Part shown: piece after piece, positions 59,006 to 64,000 of the stretch
Layout: each line of letters begins with the position of its first letter
How positions within the stretch are numbered: the stretch's first letter is position 1
Origin: an uncultured delta proteobacterium
GTDB taxonomy: Bacteria; Desulfobacterota; Desulfobacteria; Desulfobacterales; Desulfatirhabdiaceae
NCBI GenBank assembly: GCA_963789395.1
Contig: CAWBKP010000014.1
Coordinates: 288,001 to 352,000 of the forward strand
Length of the DNA: 64,000 nucleotides
Direction: 5' to 3'
Notes under the pieces: model-generated
What the model was told of the DNA's origin: nothing
What the model saw: the letters and a program-made list of their open reading frames with translations, nothing else
Database searches by the model: none
Position numbers and translations under genes: made by a program

Positions 59006-60872
59006 TTAAGATGCCAGGCCAAGCTTGGACAGGGTTTGCGGCGCTGGAATGCCCCGGTTGTCGAACCCGCGAAGGCGGTAGTAATCATCCAGCATGGCTT
59101 CCAGGGGAACGGTCCGCTTTTTTGGGTCGCCTGCCCGGCCCTCCCGAAGAAACCGCGCCGGCAGGGTGTCATCCTTTCGGGATATCCCTTCGCGGGTATT
59201 CATGAGGCGCTCCAGGGTGTGTATCCGCTCTCCGGCCCGGAGAAAATCCCCCTGGCTGATGCCAAGGCCGGTAACGCTGTTGAACATGCCGGTCAGCGAC
59301 GGGATGAGGATCAATTTCTGGGCAATCCGGGGAAGGTACTGCATGTTCAGCCGCAGCATCCACTTGGGCGTGTATTTGACGATCGGCTCCTCCAGGACAT
59401 ATGCAAATGCGGTAAACTGGCAGACATGAAGGGAGTTGACCGCCGCAAACAGGTTTTCAAAATATTTTACGAAATGCGCTTTGGCCCGCGTGGTATAGGG
59501 ATTCAGAAATCCCATAAAGACCTCCAGAGAGAAGGTCGTTGCCGACAGATGGCAGGCGCCCCGGTTGGCGACGGCATAGGACAGCCCCTGGCCCCAGGCG
59601 CCGCGCGGGATCGTATCCGGCCATATCAAGCCCCTTGACCTGGATGGCAAAGTCAGCCCCGCCGTATTTGGCCGCCAGCCGACGGGTCCCCCGGGCAAAC
59701 TCCTCCCCCTGGCCCCTGCGATGGGCGATGGCCTGGATCGTCTCTGAGACGCCTTCGGGCGATCCGAATTTCAAGTCGGTTTGCAGCAGCTTCTTCTCCC
59801 CGGCCTCCATAACCCAGGCAAGCGTGGCGCCGGTGGATATGGTGTCCAGACCCATGCGTCCGCACAGATCGTTCCACTCGGTGATGCTTTCGGTATCGAA
59901 AACGCCGAGATTGGTGCCCAGCAGGCAGATGGTTTCGTACTCGGGTATCTGGTGAACAGTGCCGTCCGGGTAAGTCCCCTTATGGCCGCAGAGGATCTTG
60001 CATGGCAGGCAGGTGCTGGGCCGCGTATGGTATTTCTGCTGCATGGTTTCACCGGACACATCGCCGGCGTTCACATGCTGCCCGTCGCGGAAATTGCGAA
60101 CCGGAAGGATGTTTCCCCGGTTGCTTAAATTCACATTGGCGCTGGTGCCGAAGTTGCGGTAGGCATGGCCGGTGAAATGGTTGGCATCGATCTGGGCGGA
60201 TGCCTTGCGCTTGATTTTTTCAAACGCATCCGCATGACGGGGCAGGATCTTGTATTTGCCCCCCAGAGCGACAACCGCTTTCAGGTTCTTGGCTCCCATG
60301 ACCGCACCCATGCCGCCCCGGCCCAGAAACCGGTGCCCTGAGGCCACATTGGCAAACAGCACCTGATTCTCTCCGGCAGGCCCGATGGCCAGGGCGCCGG
60401 ACTTTTTATCATCAGCCAGCCGGAGTTGCGTCTCCTGGGTATCCAGACCCCACACGGAAGAAGCATCCTCGAATGAGAGTCCTTCCGCATCGATTTTAAG
60501 ATAAACAGGCGTTTCTGATCTGCCGCCGATGATCAACCCGTCGTAGCCTGCAGTTTTCAGGGCCATGCCGAAAGGGCCGCCGCAGGAGGAAGTCAGCATG
60601 ATGCCGGTCAGCGGCGATTTGGTCACCGCCGCAAAGCGGCCGCTGCACGGCGCGCCGGTACCCAGCATGACCCCCATCATGAACACAATCAGGTTGTCCG
60701 GGCCCAGGGGATCAATTCCCGCAGCAACCCTCTCATTGAAAAGCTTTAGTCCCAGTCCCTTGCCGCCGATAAATTGCCGCCGGTCGTTGTCGCTGATATG
60801 AACAATACGGTGGCTCCGGTCGGAAAGATTGACTTCCAGAATGCGGTTGCTTGGCCCGATTATTTGATCCAT
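59006..60872 (-). CDS. Aldehyde:ferredoxin oxidoreductase family protein (one frameshift near 59608)
   Basis: KSPLTG, GRGGMGAVMG, CLPCKILC, PEYET; YDP|RGAWGQGL joined by removing one base; DDTLP and YYRLRG at the C-terminus. Confidence 0.88.
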
Positions 60873-61107
60873 GATACAATCCTTTTTTTAATATCATTGG
60901 GTGATAAAGCAGATCGACCTGACTCACAGAGGGTTATGAATACTGATTTTAACACAAACGGTTTGAGAAAATGTTAGGCGTTCCGGACATGGCAAGCGTG
61001 GCCGCACAGATAAACCGTCTCCCCTGAATTTCGGTTACTATTACGGGCAAGTGTTGATTTTCCGCATTGCAGGCGGCCAAGGATCGCTTCGGTGGGAAAC
61101 GCCTGCG

Positions 61108-61616
61108 TCAGGATGGATAGGACCAAATGCTGTAGGATATTTCGTCCTCATTTCCCGCCCCCCTCAGCTCTCCTTCATAAGCAAAGGATATTGACCGCGC
61201 GCCTTCCGGCACGGGGATTGTCTGGTCAAAAAGCATGGGAATCGTATCTATCGCATAATGATTTCCAACTGAATAAATAAGCACGTTTTCAATGACAACC
61301 CCCTGCTCATCCAGAAACAACAGGTTCACGGAAAGGCGTTTGATCCAGCTGAATCCGATGGCGAATCCGCCGAGCAGTTGGGTTCTTCCCTTGATCTTCA
61401 GGGCTTCAGGCGTCATCTGGTATTGGTATGTTACCGCCAGCTCGTTGGTTTTCCACACCCCTTGCTGATTCCCTTCCTTAAGCTCGGCGATGAGATTGTC
61501 ATGGGTTACCTGGATTCCCTTATAGCTGTACAGCCTCCCGCCGCAGGAAGCAATGGTGAATGAGGCGATCATAAGAATAAAGTTGCCTTTATAAACAGGT
61601 TGTCTCTTGAACGCAT
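61108..61616 (-). CDS. Putative lipoprotein (probable frameshift near 61574)
   Basis: GGAGG-ATG at 61616 gives MRSRDNLFIKATLF, one base out of frame with MIASFTIASC (lipobox-like). Confidence 0.6.
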
Positions 61617-61877
61617 CGGATACCCCTCCGTAATTATAAAGTATTTTGCAACCATCCGCATACGGAATTGATACTTTTATACTGCAATCATTATGGTGTT
61701 TATTCTGTCAAGTCAAGATTAAAAACAGGTGCAGGCCAACACCGACACTGCCCGTTGCACCATCGAAGCCTGCCCCGGAAGTGATCTCACTGCCAATCAG
61801 CGGCATGTTTGTTGACCGGTTACGGTGATCCTCCTGCGCTCTCCCAAAAATTCGTCTTTTTCAGAAACAAAAAAAGA

Positions 61878-61917
61878 TTGACAATCTATTTTTGAATATT
61901 GTATTTTGTATTCAAAA
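61878..61917 (+). promoter_or_regulatory. Sigma-70 promoter overlapped by a palindromic operator
   Basis: TTGACA at 61878; perfect inverted repeat TTTTGAATA-N10-TATTCAAAA (61890-61917) upstream of gntR. Confidence 0.65.
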
Positions 61918-61959
61918 TTCAATTTATCATATCTTTTACGCCATCGAGAGAATTCATCC

Positions 61960-62640
61960 ATGAAAAATCTTGATATCGACTACGAAAACCTGGACCAGAA
62001 AGTTTATCAGGAACTGAAAAAACTGATTGAAAACAGGCAGCTTCTGCCGGGCCAGAAAATTCCCCAGGAAAAAATCGCAAAAGAGCTCGGAATCAGCAGA
62101 ACTCCGCTTATCAGCGCCCTGAAATTTCTGGAGCACGAAAAACTCGTCGAAGTGAAACCGCGGAGAGGTTTTTTTGTCCGCTTTTTCAGTATTGAGGAGA
62201 TGATCTCGATTTTTGAAATTCGTGAGGTTCTGGAAGGATTATCGGCCCGCAGAGCGGCTCAATCCATTTCCGGGAAAAACATCAAGCTGTTGAGATCCAT
62301 CTTTAAAGATTTTACTGAACAGAATGACATTACGGACCTACAGGCATATTCCAAAGCTGATAAGCATTTCCATACCTTTATTGCCGAAATCGGTTCGGGG
62401 GAGTTTCTTTCCGCCATTCTGCTGACCTTGAACATCATAACGCTTGCCTACCAGAACGTCAGCAGCGAGGGCCTGATCCGAGAGCCCAATGAAACGATCA
62501 AGGATCACCTGCTGATTGTGGATGCGATCTGCAATCATGACCCTGAAATGTCGGAAAAGCTCATGAGGGATCATCTGAGCAAGACCATCACACAACTGAA
62601 AAACAATAGCGCACGAAAGAGCAGGACCCAAAAGAAATAA
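61960..62640 (+). CDS. GntR (FCD) family transcriptional regulator
   Basis: LLPGQKI..ELGISRTP HTH; IREVLEG, FH, DHLLIVDAI, RDHL. Confidence 0.93.
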   Translation: MKNLDIDYENLDQKVYQELKKLIENRQLLPGQKIPQEKIAKELGISRTPLISALKFLEHEKLVEVKPRRGFFVRFFSIEEMISIFEIREVLEGLSARRAAQSISGKNIKLLRSIFKDFTEQNDITDLQAYSKADKHFHTFIAEIGSGEFLSAILLTLNIITLAYQNVSSEGLIREPNETIKDHLLIVDAICNHDPEMSEKLMRDHLSKTITQLKNNSARKSRTQKK

Positions 62641-62645
62641 TCACT

Positions 62646-62671
62646 ACCCCGGACGCTGATCCGGGGTTTTT
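62646..62671 (+). terminator. Intrinsic terminator
   Basis: ACCCCGGA-CGCTGA-TCCGGGGT followed by TTTT. Confidence 0.7.
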
Positions 62672-62719
62672 GTCATCCAAACGCAGTTACTTTAATTCAT
62701 TAACTTTAGTGGAGGTAAC

Positions 62720-63730
62720 ATGAAAAACAGATCTATTTTTTCCGCATGTTGTGTGGCCCTGATGCTCTTTACCTTCGGCATTGCCCAGGCAGCCGATCCC
62801 ATTGTACTCAAATTCAGCCATACCGATCAGCAAGCGGGCCTGCGCCAAGCAGCGGCGCTGAAGTTTGCCGAAAAAGTCGCGGAGTATACAGCCGGACGTT
62901 ACAAAGTGCAGGTCTATTGTTGCGGACAGCTCGGCAATGACCCGAAGAACATTGAACAGCTTGCCCTGGGAGGAATCGATTTTACGGTCTCCAGCACCGG
63001 ATCCTATGCGCCGCACGTGGACTCCCTGAATCTGACCATGCTCCCCTATCTGGTCGAAACGTACGAACAGGGCTGGAAATTCTATGATGAATCAAAATGG
63101 CTCCAGGCGCAGTTCGACAAGGCTCCGGCCAAAGGCTTCCGTTTCCTGGCCACATGGGAAGCCGGTTTCCGCTGCATGACCACCAAGGATCCCCTGGCAA
63201 CGCCGGCAGATGCCGCCGGCAAAAAACTGCGCACTTTCCCCAATGAGATGATGCGCTGGACGCTCGAAGCCATGGGTTTCGGCATTCAGATCATGCCGCT
63301 GCCCGAAGTCTATCTGGCCATCCAGCAAGGCGTGGTCAGCGGTCAGGAAAATCCCGTGGATACCATCTACTCCAACAAATTCTATGAAGTGGCCCCCTAT
63401 GTGACACTGACCAAGCATGTGTACAGCCCCATTCCTCTGACTATCTCCGAAAAGACCTGGCAGAAGCTCTCTGCTGATGACCAGAAGGCCATTACCAAGG
63501 CTGCCAAGGAAGTCGCCACCTGGCACCGCAACGAAATCGTCGCGGTCGAAGGAAAGCAACTGGATGAAATGGCCGGCAAAGGTGCCAAGGTCAGCAAGCC
63601 CGAACTGAGCGCGTTCCGCAAGGCCGTTTTACCGGTGTATGACAGGGCCAAGGAAAAATACGGCGCTGCCGAGGTCGAAGCCCTGATGAAGGAAGCCGAG
63701 GCCATCCGAAACACCAATCCCGCAAAATAA
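62720..63730 (+). CDS. dctP: TRAP transporter substrate-binding protein
   Basis: Signal peptide, GQLG, GFR, GKKLRT, EVYLAIQQGVVSGQENP. Confidence 0.93.
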   Translation: MKNRSIFSACCVALMLFTFGIAQAADPIVLKFSHTDQQAGLRQAAALKFAEKVAEYTAGRYKVQVYCCGQLGNDPKNIEQLALGGIDFTVSSTGSYAPHVDSLNLTMLPYLVETYEQGWKFYDESKWLQAQFDKAPAKGFRFLATWEAGFRCMTTKDPLATPADAAGKKLRTFPNEMMRWTLEAMGFGIQIMPLPEVYLAIQQGVVSGQENPVDTIYSNKFYEVAPYVTLTKHVYSPIPLTISEKTWQKLSADDQKAITKAAKEVATWHRNEIVAVEGKQLDEMAGKGAKVSKPELSAFRKAVLPVYDRAKEKYGAAEVEALMKEAEAIRNTNPAK

Positions 63731-63778
63731 TTTTCTGAATGCGGCGGCTTTCCTGCCGCCGCTTCCAAGGAATGCTTC

Positions 63779-64000
63779 ATGGACATGACAACACTGCGCG
63801 CACCGGCACCGATACGCTGGCTGGAACAAGTACTGAACCTTGTTCTGATACTGGCCGGATCCATCATGGTTGTTCTCGTCTTCTCAAACGTGGTCACTCA
63901 TATTTTCAACAAGGATATCGCCTGGACCACAGAATTATGCGAATTTCTTATGGTGTGGGCATCCTTTCTGGGCGGAGCCACTGCCGCGCGCTTCGGCGCA
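63779..64000 (+). CDS. dctQ: TRAP small permease (partial)
   Basis: MDMTT...VFSNVV...AWTTELCEFLMVWASFLGG; follows dctP. Confidence 0.85.
   Translation, partial: MDMTTLRAPAPIRWLEQVLNLVLILAGSIMVVLVFSNVVTHIFNKDIAWTTELCEFLMVWASFLGGATAARFGA

Noticed and set aside
1..64000. CRISPR arrays, tRNA/rRNA genes, riboswitches, selenocysteine read-through
   Set aside because: No regularly spaced repeats, tRNA/rRNA signatures, riboswitch consensus or in-frame TGA at catalytic Cys positions were recognised by eye; a covariance-model scan would be needed to exclude them fully

Overview
This is a 64-kb window of a bacterial chromosome. The gene content (many sigma-54 activators, AORs, TauE/USP clusters) suggests an anaerobic deltaproteobacterium such as Desulfobacterales; that assignment is an inference. 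Left to right: (1) a sigma-54-driven kdp K+-ATPase operon with two unannotated small membrane peptides and two two-component pairs; (2) an accessory, decayed-mobilome stretch at about 11.3-17.7 kb with three attC-like sites, an internally deleted RAYT transposase, an ORF-less group II intron and a repeated 12-mer; (3) a yidH-virJ/acvB-mprF-tauE lipid aminoacylation operon and a lone tatA; (4) a divergent cluster of about 15.5 kb containing a Lon protease with a receiver domain inserted in its AAA+ module, a histidine kinase and sigma-54 activator, a PEP-synthase-like dikinase, a single-domain response regulator, USP-like proteins and two TauE transporters, with two sigma-54 promoters each preceded by two copies of one 16-bp palindrome; (5) a DUF4258/DUF2283 pair, serC, an AOR, a dpp ABC operon, a GT-C/GT2 fusion, a cupin, a liv ABC operon, a GMC oxidoreductase, a second AOR, a lipoprotein, GntR and the start of a TRAP operon. 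Seven single-base frameshifts in otherwise intact genes probably reflect sequencing error. Family assignments rest on motif recognition by eye, not database searches.
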